Part shown: in pieces, positions 10,231 through 18,312 of the stretch
How positions within the stretch are numbered: position 1 is the stretch's first letter
How the letters are laid out: every line of letters starts with the position of its first letter
NCBI GenBank assembly: GCA_963712735.1
Contig: CAVQIZ010000003.1
Location: 428,855-492,854, forward strand
Length of the DNA: 64,000 nt
Source: an uncultured Chloroflexia bacterium
Lineage (GTDB): Bacteria > Chloroflexota > Limnocylindria > Limnocylindrales > CSP1-4
Direction of reading: 5' to 3'
Program-made: the position numbers and the translations under genes
Notes under the pieces: generated by a model
The model's database searches: none
What the model saw: the letters and a program-made list of their open reading frames with translations, nothing else
What the model was told of the DNA's origin: nothing

Positions 10231-12405
10231 ATGCGACGGCTCGTTATCAGCATCCTGGCGCTGGCAGTGATCGTCGGCGGGGGGCCGGCCGTGGGCGTGA
10301 GCGGGGAAGCGAAGGCCGAGCGCGGCGCCTTCGAACCGGCAGGCACCATCAAGGGCGGCTTGAGCGGTCACGCGGCAGTGACGCTGCTCGATGGTCGCGT
10401 CCTCATCGCTGGCGGCCTGGGTCGTCGCGGCATCCTCGAGTCGGCACGGGTATGGGATCCTGCCACGGCCACCTCACGGAAGACGGGTCCCCTCGGGGAG
10501 GCGCGCACATCGGCAGCGGGCGTGACACTACCCGACGGGCGCGTCCTGGTCGTCGGTGGCGACGCCCGCGGCGGGCTCGTGCGCACCGCCGAGCTCTGGG
10601 ACCCGCAAAGCGGCACCTTCTCGCCCGCCGGCGAGCTCGAGGAGGCTCGGTTCAAGGCCGATGCCATCGCCCTCGCCGATGGTCGGGTGGCCGTCATCGG
10701 TGGCTCGGGTCCCGGGGAGGTGACCAGCATCGAGGTCTGGGATCCGGAGGCCGCAGCATTCCACACGGCGGGCGTCCTGCCGGAGTCCCGTGAGGACCAC
10801 GCTAGCGTGCTACTCCCTGACGGGCGGGTGCTCATCACCGGTGGCGAATCGGAGCGCGGCCCCCTGGACTCGGCGCTCCTCTGGGATCCAGCCACTGGCG
10901 ATGTCAGCGGGGCCGGCACGATGCTGGTCGACCGCTACGATCACACCAGCACCCTGCTCCCCGACGGGCGCGTCATCATCATCGGCGGCTGGACCGAGCG
11001 ATCGACCGTCGTGACCGCCGATGCCGAGATCTGGGAACCCGCGACCAGCATCTTCGTGACCGCGGGCTCGATGGCTGTGCCGCGGGCCTCGCATAGCGCG
11101 ACGCCGCTGCCCGACGGACGTGTCCTCGTGGTCGGTGGCGCTGGCAACTACGGCCGATACCCGGTCGCGGGCGAGGTCTGGGATCCCGAGCTGGGCCACT
11201 TCGCGCTCTCTGGGCCACTGACCTTCGGACGGGAGGGCCACACCGCGAGCCTCCTGCTGGACGGGCGTGTCTTGGTCGTCGGCGGCCGAGCCCTCCCCCC
11301 TGCGGGCGTCAAGTCGCCTGAGCTTCTCGAGGTCTGGGATCCAGAGGCCTTCCCCGAGATCCCCGCCCCACCGGCATCCCTCGACTTGGCGGTGTGTGCC
11401 TCTGACGGTGCGGAGCCCGGCACCGCGACACTGCTCGAGCGGTTCCCAGCCGAGCTCGAGGGCGCGCCCATCGCATCATCGGCTTGTGAGGGACCCGCTT
11501 GGCTGGCACCGCAGGACCGGGGCACGGTCACCACCGTCGAGCGTGCCGAGGCCCTGGTCGATTCGGTCGGGCGATCGATCGACGACCTGACCGTCGCAAC
11601 AGCTCTGCACGAGCGCGAGCCCGGCCGGATCGCGACGATCACCGCGCTCCGTGTGGAGGGTGCGCAGGCGGAACGATTTGCCGACCCGGCGATCTCGCTG
11701 CTGCTCGGCATCGAGCGACCCGACAAGCGCTACCGCTACCTCGGGCAGGATCGGATCCCTGTGACCAGGGTCCGGGACGAGACCGTCCCGGGCTCGCAGC
11801 CGGTGACGATGTACGCCCCCGTGGGCGACACGCTCTGGTTCGTGACGGCCGACGAGCCCGAGCTCCTGGAGCGCATCATCCGGTCCCTGCCGGGACCGGG
11901 CGGGCGCTTCGAGGTGCCGGAGCTCGGTATCGCCGTTACGTTCCCACAGGAGTGGATCGTCTCTCCGCTCTGGCCCGCCGGCACGCCCGAGGGCAACGAG
12001 GCGCGTCACGTGGGCCTTGAAGCCCTTGTCTGGCCCGTCGCGGTCGGACGCACACCGGGCACCAAGGGGTCGGACGAGACCTGTGGCCTGAGCCTGTTCA
12101 CGTCGATGGACATCACGCCCAAGAGATACCTCGAGGAACTCCAGCCAGACCGCCCCGGGCTGGAACGACCCGTGCCAGAGGTCCTCGACGGTGGGCTGCT
12201 GCGCCTCGCAGGATCGGGCAGCTTGCTCGGTGACAGCGGCGACACGGCCATCTACGTCCTCGGCTCGCACGACGCCATGGCGGTGCTCCGGTGCTCGGCT
12301 CCGGAAGCTCCTTCCGACCACTGGCTTTCGTTGGCCAGGACGATCGAGTTGCTGCCAGCCGCGGAGTCGAGCCCGCGCGCCCTCGTCACACTCCGGTTGC
12401 GGTGA
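10231..12405 (+). CDS. Secreted Kelch-repeat protein fused to linker module and Fam-1 C-terminal module
   Basis: Signal peptide MRRLVISILALAVIVGG. About 8 repeats of LPDGRVLV(V/I)GG...AE(L/I/V)WDP. Later VGRSIDDLTVATALHE...ALRVEG, then GIAVTFPQEW ... SDHWLSLARTIELLPAAE. GGAAGGGGG RBS. Confidence 0.85.
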   Translation: MRRLVISILALAVIVGGGPAVGVSGEAKAERGAFEPAGTIKGGLSGHAAVTLLDGRVLIAGGLGRRGILESARVWDPATATSRKTGPLGEARTSAAGVTLPDGRVLVVGGDARGGLVRTAELWDPQSGTFSPAGELEEARFKADAIALADGRVAVIGGSGPGEVTSIEVWDPEAAAFHTAGVLPESREDHASVLLPDGRVLITGGESERGPLDSALLWDPATGDVSGAGTMLVDRYDHTSTLLPDGRVIIIGGWTERSTVVTADAEIWEPATSIFVTAGSMAVPRASHSATPLPDGRVLVVGGAGNYGRYPVAGEVWDPELGHFALSGPLTFGREGHTASLLLDGRVLVVGGRALPPAGVKSPELLEVWDPEAFPEIPAPPASLDLAVCASDGAEPGTATLLERFPAELEGAPIASSACEGPAWLAPQDRGTVTTVERAEALVDSVGRSIDDLTVATALHEREPGRIATITALRVEGAQAERFADPAISLLLGIERPDKRYRYLGQDRIPVTRVRDETVPGSQPVTMYAPVGDTLWFVTADEPELLERIIRSLPGPGGRFEVPELGIAVTFPQEWIVSPLWPAGTPEGNEARHVGLEALVWPVAVGRTPGTKGSDETCGLSLFTSMDITPKRYLEELQPDRPGLERPVPEVLDGGLLRLAGSGSLLGDSGDTAIYVLGSHDAMAVLRCSAPEAPSDHWLSLARTIELLPAAESSPRALVTLRLR

Positions 12406-12706
12406 GGTGCTGCCAACGGCCTGTGTGCGGATGGCCACGGCTACTCCCCGAGTGGCAGGACCTCGTCGAACCGGACTGCGGGCACCCCGCCGATCTCCAG
12501 GTGGGCATCGCTTCGTTCGAGAGCGGCAGCCCGGTCATGCCCATCCATGTCGTACAGCCACAGGTCGGAGAAGGGCGCTGATCGGACCGATGCCGAGCTC
12601 GGCGAAGGCCCGGCCCGGCTGCGTCGCCACGGAGTCGCAGCCCGGACAATGTCGCTGAGCAACAACCACGCCGGCTGCCCTGCCGGACGACCGCGCGAGA
12701 ATCATC

Positions 12707-12784
12707 GGTAGCGGGAGGCGATGAGGTGCGGCCCACACCCTGGCCGCCGGGACCGTGTCCGAGCCACTGGCGAATCCGGCCCGA
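12707..12784 (+). repeat. R-element, inverted (B-type) variant upstream of a Fam-2 gene
   Basis: GGTAGCGGGAGGCGATGAGGTGCGGCCCACACCCTGGCCGCCGGGACCGTGTCCGAGCCACTGGCGAATCCGGCCCG. Preceded by GAGAAT (-10-like) at 12697-12702. Confidence 0.6.
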
Positions 12785-12803
12785 CGATACGAAGGGGGAG
12801 GTC

Positions 12804-13352
12804 GTGCGGAGATGGCAGCTGGCGCTGGCAGGAGGCGCTGCCTTGGGGCTGATCGGGGTGCTGGCCGTTGCGGCAGCAGCGCAGGAACCGATACTCGACC
12901 CACGCGTTACGCTGGTGACAGGGACGGTAACCGGGACGACCACCGACCCTTCCGACGAGGAGTGGTGGGTCGAGGATGCCATCGGCCATGCGCGGGTCTT
13001 CAAGGTCAGCGACGCCGTGGAGTGGAGCGACCCTCGACTGGGGGTCGGTGTCCTGTGGAGCCTGAACTTCGACATGTACGAGATCTCGGTGTCCAAGCAG
13101 ATGCCGTTCACCGGGACCCTGTGGCTCCATGGTCCGGACGGTCACTGGACCGGCACGTCCACCGGGTTCTGCGACCCTGTCGGTGAGTGCACCTCGATGA
13201 TCGTCCTGACCGGACATGACGGCTACGACGGTATGTTCGCGACCATCCTCAACACGGGAAACTCTGAAACGAGCGAGTCCCGCTACGAGGGGATGATCTT
13301 CGAGGGCGAGATGCCGCCGATGCCCGACCAAGTCGAGCCGTCCGCCGATTAA
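12804..13352 (+). CDS. Fam-2 secreted protein
   Basis: GTG start after an AAGGGGGAGG RBS. Signal peptide VRRWQLALAGGAALGLIGVLAVAAAAQ. WSDPRLGVG, LTGHDGYDGMFA, YEGMIFEGEMPPMP. Confidence 0.75.
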   Translation: MRRWQLALAGGAALGLIGVLAVAAAAQEPILDPRVTLVTGTVTGTTTDPSDEEWWVEDAIGHARVFKVSDAVEWSDPRLGVGVLWSLNFDMYEISVSKQMPFTGTLWLHGPDGHWTGTSTGFCDPVGECTSMIVLTGHDGYDGMFATILNTGNSETSESRYEGMIFEGEMPPMPDQVEPSAD

Positions 13353-13420
13353 CCCGATCGCGCCGCCTCGGCTGCCTGCGCCATGGCGCGGATGACCCGA
13401 CCGACCCGCTCTACAGGGCG
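13353..13420 (-). repeat. R-element partial copy (distal M1 half only) between convergent genes
   Basis: CCGATCGCGCCGCCTCGGCTGCCTGCGCCATGGCGCGGATGACCCGACCGACCCGCTCTACAGGGCG. The same 3' flank follows the Fam-2 genes ending at 30347 and 34659. Confidence 0.5.
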
Positions 13421-13452
13421 CTTCCCGATGCATCGCGATCGCCGCGGACCTG

Positions 13453-14067
13453 TCAGGCCTCGACCGACACGCCCACTTCTCCTGGCACGAACTCCAAGGT
13501 CTCCGCTATCGGGATCCAGCGATCCTCTGGCGGGCTCATCGAGCCACACATCAGCAGGAGCCACCGGTCGCCGTCAGTCACCAGGTAGCCGCGCCACACC
13601 CAGCCGTCATCATGCAGTGCGTCGCAAACGACAGAGCTGCCACCAGGGAGCTCGAGACGCCGGGTCTCGACCGACACGACCCTTGGGTCATCGTCGAGCG
13701 TATTGACGAAGTCTTGCGCCTGGTCGCTCAACAGCACGTAGATGCTGCACTGTTCGTGGCCCGCGTCCGTCATAGCCGGCTTTCGGGCGAGGAGCACGCC
13801 GCCGCTCTCGATGAACTCGATGTGCTGTTGGGCGGGCGCTCCGTGGATAGGATTCCACCAACCCTCGTCGAAGACGGCAGCATCGGCGTATTCCCAGTTC
13901 TTGGGGAGGCTCACGGCGAAGCCGTCCGCCGGGCGTTCGATGCGTTGGGGACCAAAGATCGGGACGCCCGACGCGAGGGCCGAGATGAGTCCCGCTACGA
14001 AGACCAGCACGACGAGGATCGCGAAGAACCGCGTCGTGCTCGACCTGATCAGGCCAACCTGGCGCAT
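13453..14067 (-). CDS. Fam-1 protein with N-terminal membrane anchor
   Basis: TRFFAILVVLVFVAGLISALA anchor; DGFAVSLPKNW; C-terminal EDRWIPIAETLEFVPGE. Confidence 0.8.
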   Translation of the reverse strand: MRQVGLIRSSTTRFFAILVVLVFVAGLISALASGVPIFGPQRIERPADGFAVSLPKNWEYADAAVFDEGWWNPIHGAPAQQHIEFIESGGVLLARKPAMTDAGHEQCSIYVLLSDQAQDFVNTLDDDPRVVSVETRRLELPGGSSVVCDALHDDGWVWRGYLVTDGDRWLLLMCGSMSPPEDRWIPIAETLEFVPGEVGVSVEA

Positions 14068-14093
14068 CGGGCACCTCGAGGACGCTCATCTCC

Positions 14094-14189
14094 ATGCTCG
14101 ACCTGGTCGATGGGCCGGTCAAGGGCCGGACGGCCCGGCAGCCCCTGGCGGCGTGTGCCACGTCGAGCCACTGGCGAACCCGGCCCGCC
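14094..14189 (-). repeat. Chimeric R-element in a divergent intergenic region: A-type promoter end (TTGACC-N17-GAGCAT, facing 14067) joined to a B-type 3' half facing 14206
   Basis: GGTCAAGGGCCGGACGGCCCGGC followed by CCTGGCGGCGTGTGCCACGTCGAGCCACTGGCGAACCCGGCCCGC. Confidence 0.6.
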
Positions 14190-14205
14190 TAGCTTCGGGG
14201 GCTGT

Positions 14206-14472
14206 ATGCCATACATCGACACCGTCGTGGAGGCCCTGCGGACCGCGCCGGGTCCCCTCACGACCAACGAGATCGCGGACGTTGTCAACAAGGCTGGAAC
14301 AGGTCCCGGGAACCGGCGACCGAGCGAGGCTACGATCACCACGTGGCTCTACGCCATCACCGGCTCCCATGACCATCCGGGAGTCCATCGGCTTGACCGA
14401 GAGCACAGCGGACGAGACTGCGTCTGCTGGGTCTGCGACCAGCGGCAGACCCCGGGAGCGGGCCTCCACTAG
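14206..14472 (+). CDS. Small winged-helix (HARE-HTH-like) protein, possible DNA-binding factor
   Basis: 88 aa. MPYIDTVVEALRTAPGPLTTNEIADVVNKAG...SEATITTWLYAIT resembles the N-terminal HARE-HTH pattern. Assigned by pattern recognition only. Confidence 0.45.
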   Translation: MPYIDTVVEALRTAPGPLTTNEIADVVNKAGTGPGNRRPSEATITTWLYAITGSHDHPGVHRLDREHSGRDCVCWVCDQRQTPGAGLH

Positions 14473-14543
14473 ACCTTGGGCCGAGGTCCATCCAGGATCG
14501 TCAGGCCAAGCCCGCCAGGTCGACAGGTCCACTGCGCTGCCGC

Positions 14544-14738
14544 CTAGCGACCGCTTCCTCTGCCCTTCTTCTCGTATCGCTGGAGTGTGAGGCGCAGCCG
14601 AGCTCGCCGGGTCTCAGCGCTGATGCCGGGCTCGTTCGGGTCCGGGATCGACGTCGGGCGTGGCTGGTCTTCGGGCCCACTAGGCAGCAACGACAGCAGA
14701 CGCTCGAGGAAGCGCCGCAGGGAATGACGCGCGCTCAT
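14544..14738 (-). CDS. Small hypothetical protein, translationally coupled (ATGA) to the upstream ORF
   Basis: MSARHSLRRFLERLLSLLPSG... Its ATG overlaps the TGA of the 14735..15223 ORF. Confidence 0.35.
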   Translation of the reverse strand: MSARHSLRRFLERLLSLLPSGPEDQPRPTSIPDPNEPGISAETRRARLRLTLQRYEKKGRGSGR

Positions 14739-15223
14739 CCCACAGCCCCCATCGGGGGGATGTAGATGTGGTGCGGCAGGCTGCGGGGGTCGATGATCGG
14801 CATCGGCCACGCTTGACTGAACTCGTCATCGGTCAGGAGTGGTCGCAGCACCAGTAGCAAGGCGCCCGACGTGGCAGCCGTCCTGAGCGCGGCCATCGCA
14901 GCGTCATGGAGCGCCACGGTGTGATCGTGGACTCCCTGCAGTCCCGGGCCTGCGTCAAGCGTGGTGTCCATCGTCTGCTGGGTTTGCCGGGCGGCGGCAT
15001 CGACCTCGCTCAGGATCCCGTTCTTCGTGGCCCTGGACCGTGCGGTGTCGATGCCTCTCGTCGCATTCTCCAGGAGTCCGGTCGAGTCCTTCAGCACCTG
15101 CGCCATCGCCGCCCAGCCATCGGCATCGAGTATGGCTACCTCTTGCAGGTACGCCTCTACCTGTTCGGAGTTCGGTCCGTACCTCATGGCGTCGACTGTC
15201 ACTGCCTCGATCAGCGGATACAC
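14735..15223 (-). CDS. Hypothetical protein; start uncertain
   Basis: 162-aa ORF with helical, protein-like composition. The GTG at 15223 lies only 2 nt after the predicted -10, so GTG 15202 or ATG 15187 may be the true start. Confidence 0.55.
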   Translation of the reverse strand: MYPLIEAVTVDAMRYGPNSEQVEAYLQEVAILDADGWAAMAQVLKDSTGLLENATRGIDTARSRATKNGILSEVDAAARQTQQTMDTTLDAGPGLQGVHDHTVALHDAAMAALRTAATSGALLLVLRPLLTDDEFSQAWPMPIIDPRSLPHHIYIPPMGAVG

Positions 15224-15225
15224 CC

Positions 15226-15323
15226 ATCCTCCGCGCCCTGGTCAGCGGGTCAAGGGCCGGACGGCCCGGCAGTGCGGTCGTCAATGGCCGCGACGACCAA
15301 GCCAAATCCGCTATCCATGGCGG
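15226..15323 (-). repeat. R-element full copy with TTGACC-N16-GAGGAT
   Basis: AGCGGGTCAAGGGCCGGACGGCCCGGC...CAATGGCCGCGACGACCAAGCCAAATCCGCTATCCATGGCG. GGTCAA at 15248-15253 and ATCCTC at 15226-15231 (plus strand). Confidence 0.75.
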
Positions 15324-15508
15324 TTCGCGTTTCGCCCACGGGACGGCGGAACCGTTGGTCACTGACGAGGGTTTCGCACCCCAAGCGGCGTGCAGACGTC
15401 CGGCGGCGAACGTCGGTGATCGCTTCCCAACCCAGGTCCGCGACGGTGGGTGGACGGCCTCCCTGGGTCGCGTCCTTGTCGTGGGGCGGATGGAGGGCCG
15501 TTCGCCAC

Positions 15509-15536
15509 TTGACCGTAGACAACGGGAGCCCACGAT
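15509..15536 (+). promoter_or_regulatory. Promoter candidate TTGACC-N16-CACGAT for the Kelch gene at 15621
   Basis: TTGACC at 15509-15514 and CACGAT at 15531-15536. The hexamer pair is identical to the 10177 promoter. Confidence 0.5.
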
Positions 15537-15620
15537 TCGACCCATCCGACCATCGTGGGAACGGTCATGCGCCCTATCGCGGGGCGCTCGGTCGCCATCA
15601 TGCGATCAGGGGGTGCGGGA

Positions 15621-17699
15621 ATGCGCTGCGTCGTGATCGCGGCAGCGGTCTTGACGATCGCGTTGGGCCCGGCGTCATCGGCAGCCGACGAGACGTCGGT
15701 GCCCGGCGCGTTCGCTTCGGCCGGAAGTCTCGAGCAGACTCGTAGTAGCCACACGGCGACGCTCTTGCCTGATGGTCGGATCTTCTTGGCCGGGGGCGCG
15801 GATCCCAAGGGCCGACCCCTCTCCTCGACCGAGCTCTGGGACCCCGAGGCGGCCTCCTTCGTTCGCTCAGGGCCCCTCGGCTCGCCGCGGACGGGTCACA
15901 CGGCAACGCGCCTCACGGATGGCCGAATCCTCGTGGTCGGCGGCGATGATGGCAAGGGCAGCGTCGCCACGGCGGAGACCTGGGACCCGGCGACGGCGTC
16001 CGCCAAACCGACAGGGTCACTCCTGGGCGCTCGCACGTCGCACACGGCCACGCTGCTGGCTGATGGCCGGGTGCTCATCGTTGGTGGCTCGAAGGATGGA
16101 ACACTCGCCTCGGCCGAGATCTGGGACCCGGCGACCGGCGAGTTCGGCACCGCGGGGTCCTTGGCCGAGGCGCGCGCCGACCACACGGCCACGGCCCTGC
16201 CAGACGGCCGCGTCCTCGTCGTCGGTGGCTTCCACGAAGAGCCGTCGGGAAGGGAGGAAGCTCGCGCCTCGGCGGAGCTGTGGGATCCAGTGGGCGCGAG
16301 GTTCCAACCGACAGGGCCACTCATCGAAGCTCGCTCCGAGCATGCCGCCGCGCTCCTGCCCGACGGCCGCGTCCTCATCATCGGTGGCTGGGACAGAGAG
16401 AGGCGGCTGGCCTCAGCGGAGATCTGGGACCCGCGCACGGGCACGTTCACGGGGGCAGGCCCGCTCGCGGAACCGCGATGGGGACACTCCGCGACGGCCT
16501 TGCCCGACGGGCGGGTCCTCGTCGTCGGTGGCTGGGACGAAGGCAGCGCCGAGGTCTGGGACCCGCTGTCAGGAACGTTCAGCTTCACGAGCCCGCCGAA
16601 GGAGGAACGCTCGTTCCATACCGCGATGCTTCTCCCCGATGGCCGCGTGCTTCTCGCAGGTGGTCGGGGTCGCTACGGCCTGGTGGTCACGGCGGAGACG
16701 TGGGACCCTGCCCTGCCCCCGGATCCAGACGCCTCGACCGGGCCGACCTACGAGCTCGGCAGCCGGGCCGCCGAGTCTGACCTGCTCTTCGGTATCCGTC
16801 GCGACCTCCAGGGGACGTGCAAGCCGACGTCGGGACGCCTGCCGGTCGGAGTCGTCGCGCGAATCGACTGCCGTCCCAGCGACGCCAGCGTTCGCGGGGT
16901 CAGCATCGGGCTCTATGCGTCGGAGCGCACGCTGCTCGACGCATACTTCGACCGGTTGGCCGCGTTCGGGTTCGAGCGGGGCCAGGCCGACGCCGTACGC
17001 TGCAGGCCGAACCGACCGTCAGACGGGCCTTACGTCCCTACCCTTCCCGAGGACCAACTCGAATATCCGTACCGTGGCGGCTGCTTCATCGACGCCGTGG
17101 GGCGGGCCCACTACATCGTCACATCACCTCCCTTCGTGCTCGGCGAGGTGATGGGTCGGAGCAGGAGGGGCGACGTCGAGGCGGTGAAGGACTTCGCCTG
17201 GAAGGGGAACCAGGACGTACCTGGCGAACCGACACTCTGGCGCCGGGGGCGGCAGATGAACGAGACGCAGCGTGATCTGGAGGCCTCGCTGCCACGTCAT
17301 CTCGTCTGCGAACCCTACCGACGGAGCGCCGTCGCCAACGACCCCTTCTCCTATGGCGCTGGAGCCGCCATCAACTGTGGCCGAATCAGCTCGGAGGGCT
17401 TCCCCCGGGTCGCCTACATGACGCTGTTCCGCTTCCCCGACCCTTCGTCGATGGCCGACTACTGGTCGTTCCGTACGGACCAGAACCCAGACATGCCTTC
17501 GCGATCGGGTGCCTGTCGTGATGGCGACGATGGGTATGGGACCTGGGCCCACGGGGAGTATTTCTGCTATGTGTCGAGGGCCGGCGGCCACGCGCTCCTG
17601 CGCTGGACCGACGAGCGCACCGACACCTACGGCGTCCTTGACGCCACCGACGCCGAGCTCAGGCCGCTCTACCGCGCCTGGAAGGCACTCCGACCGTAG
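15621..17699 (+). CDS. Secreted Kelch-repeat protein with two Cys-containing C-terminal repeats of unknown function
   Basis: MRCVVIAAAVLTIALGPASSA signal peptide. About 7 HTAT(L/A)LPDGR(V/I)L(V/I)(V/I)GG repeats. The C-terminal half contains two related ~130-aa Cys-rich segments. Alternative starts at 15555, 15567 and 15600. Confidence 0.85.
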   Translation: MRCVVIAAAVLTIALGPASSAADETSVPGAFASAGSLEQTRSSHTATLLPDGRIFLAGGADPKGRPLSSTELWDPEAASFVRSGPLGSPRTGHTATRLTDGRILVVGGDDGKGSVATAETWDPATASAKPTGSLLGARTSHTATLLADGRVLIVGGSKDGTLASAEIWDPATGEFGTAGSLAEARADHTATALPDGRVLVVGGFHEEPSGREEARASAELWDPVGARFQPTGPLIEARSEHAAALLPDGRVLIIGGWDRERRLASAEIWDPRTGTFTGAGPLAEPRWGHSATALPDGRVLVVGGWDEGSAEVWDPLSGTFSFTSPPKEERSFHTAMLLPDGRVLLAGGRGRYGLVVTAETWDPALPPDPDASTGPTYELGSRAAESDLLFGIRRDLQGTCKPTSGRLPVGVVARIDCRPSDASVRGVSIGLYASERTLLDAYFDRLAAFGFERGQADAVRCRPNRPSDGPYVPTLPEDQLEYPYRGGCFIDAVGRAHYIVTSPPFVLGEVMGRSRRGDVEAVKDFAWKGNQDVPGEPTLWRRGRQMNETQRDLEASLPRHLVCEPYRRSAVANDPFSYGAGAAINCGRISSEGFPRVAYMTLFRFPDPSSMADYWSFRTDQNPDMPSRSGACRDGDDGYGTWAHGEYFCYVSRAGGHALLRWTDERTDTYGVLDATDAELRPLYRAWKALRP

Positions 17700-17794
17700 A
17701 CACCCAGTGGGTCCGGTCCACCAGGCACTTGCCGGCGGTCGCGACCAGGGCCAGCGTGAACGAGGACGAAGCCATCTCCACCGAAGGAGCCATC

Positions 17795-18184
17795 GTGTCC
17801 AGGTTGATGGACCATCTGCGCTCTCTGCAGTTCACCGACCGTGACGGGCGACCGACGGCCGATCGCTCCCGCTCGCGTTTCGCACTCCTCGAGCGCTGGG
17901 TCGGCTACGCCTTGTGCCTGCCGCTGATCGTCGCTGGCGGCCTGCTCGCGACCGGGTTGATCGGCGGACGCGAGGACCTGAAGGCCGTCCTGGGGGTCCT
18001 GCTCATCGTCTTGGGGGCAGGCCTCGCATTCGAGGTCTGGCGGGGCCGGCCGCTCCTGTCGGTGCCAGCTTGGTGGAGCCAGGCCTCGGCCACCCAACAA
18101 GCGTTCCTGCTGATGGGCTTCGGCATCGTCTTCTTCGTCCTCATGGGGGCCATCTCGCTGCTGTTGGGGCAGCTTGGTCTGTAG
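17795..18184 (+). CDS. Small membrane protein (3 TM)
   Basis: WVGYALCLPLIVAGGLLATGLIG, AVLGVLLIVLGAGLAF, AFLLMGFGIVFFVLMGAISLLLG. GTG 7 nt after AAGGAG; ATG 17807 is an alternative. Confidence 0.6.
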   Translation: MSRLMDHLRSLQFTDRDGRPTADRSRSRFALLERWVGYALCLPLIVAGGLLATGLIGGREDLKAVLGVLLIVLGAGLAFEVWRGRPLLSVPAWWSQASATQQAFLLMGFGIVFFVLMGAISLLLGQLGL

Positions 18185-18208
18185 AGGACGGACGGAACGC
18201 TGATCGTG

Positions 18209-18296
18209 CCCCGCTCAGCGGGTCAGGGCTCGGAGGGCACGGCAGCGTGCGGCACCACGGCGGCGGCGACCGAGTCAAACCCGCGATCCATGGCGG
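18209..18296 (-). repeat. R-element copy (degenerate -35: TGACCC) between convergent genes
   Basis: CCCCGCTCAGCGGGTCAGGGCTCGGAGGGC...CACGGCGGCGGCGACCGAGTCAAACCCGCGATCCATGGCG. Confidence 0.55.
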
Positions 18297-18312
18297 TTCC
18301 ACAACGACAGGA

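Noticed and set aside
8361-10793. Very long ORFs on the opposite or shifted frame of real genes. Examples are 8361..10793 (810 aa), 41802..43652 (616 aa), 55992..59171 (1059 aa), 62137..63999 (620 aa), 45607..46824 and 54326..56443.
   Set aside because: They have extreme Arg/Gly/Pro/Ala composition, no recognisable motifs, and full overlap with well-supported genes. These are typical GC-rich shadow ORFs.
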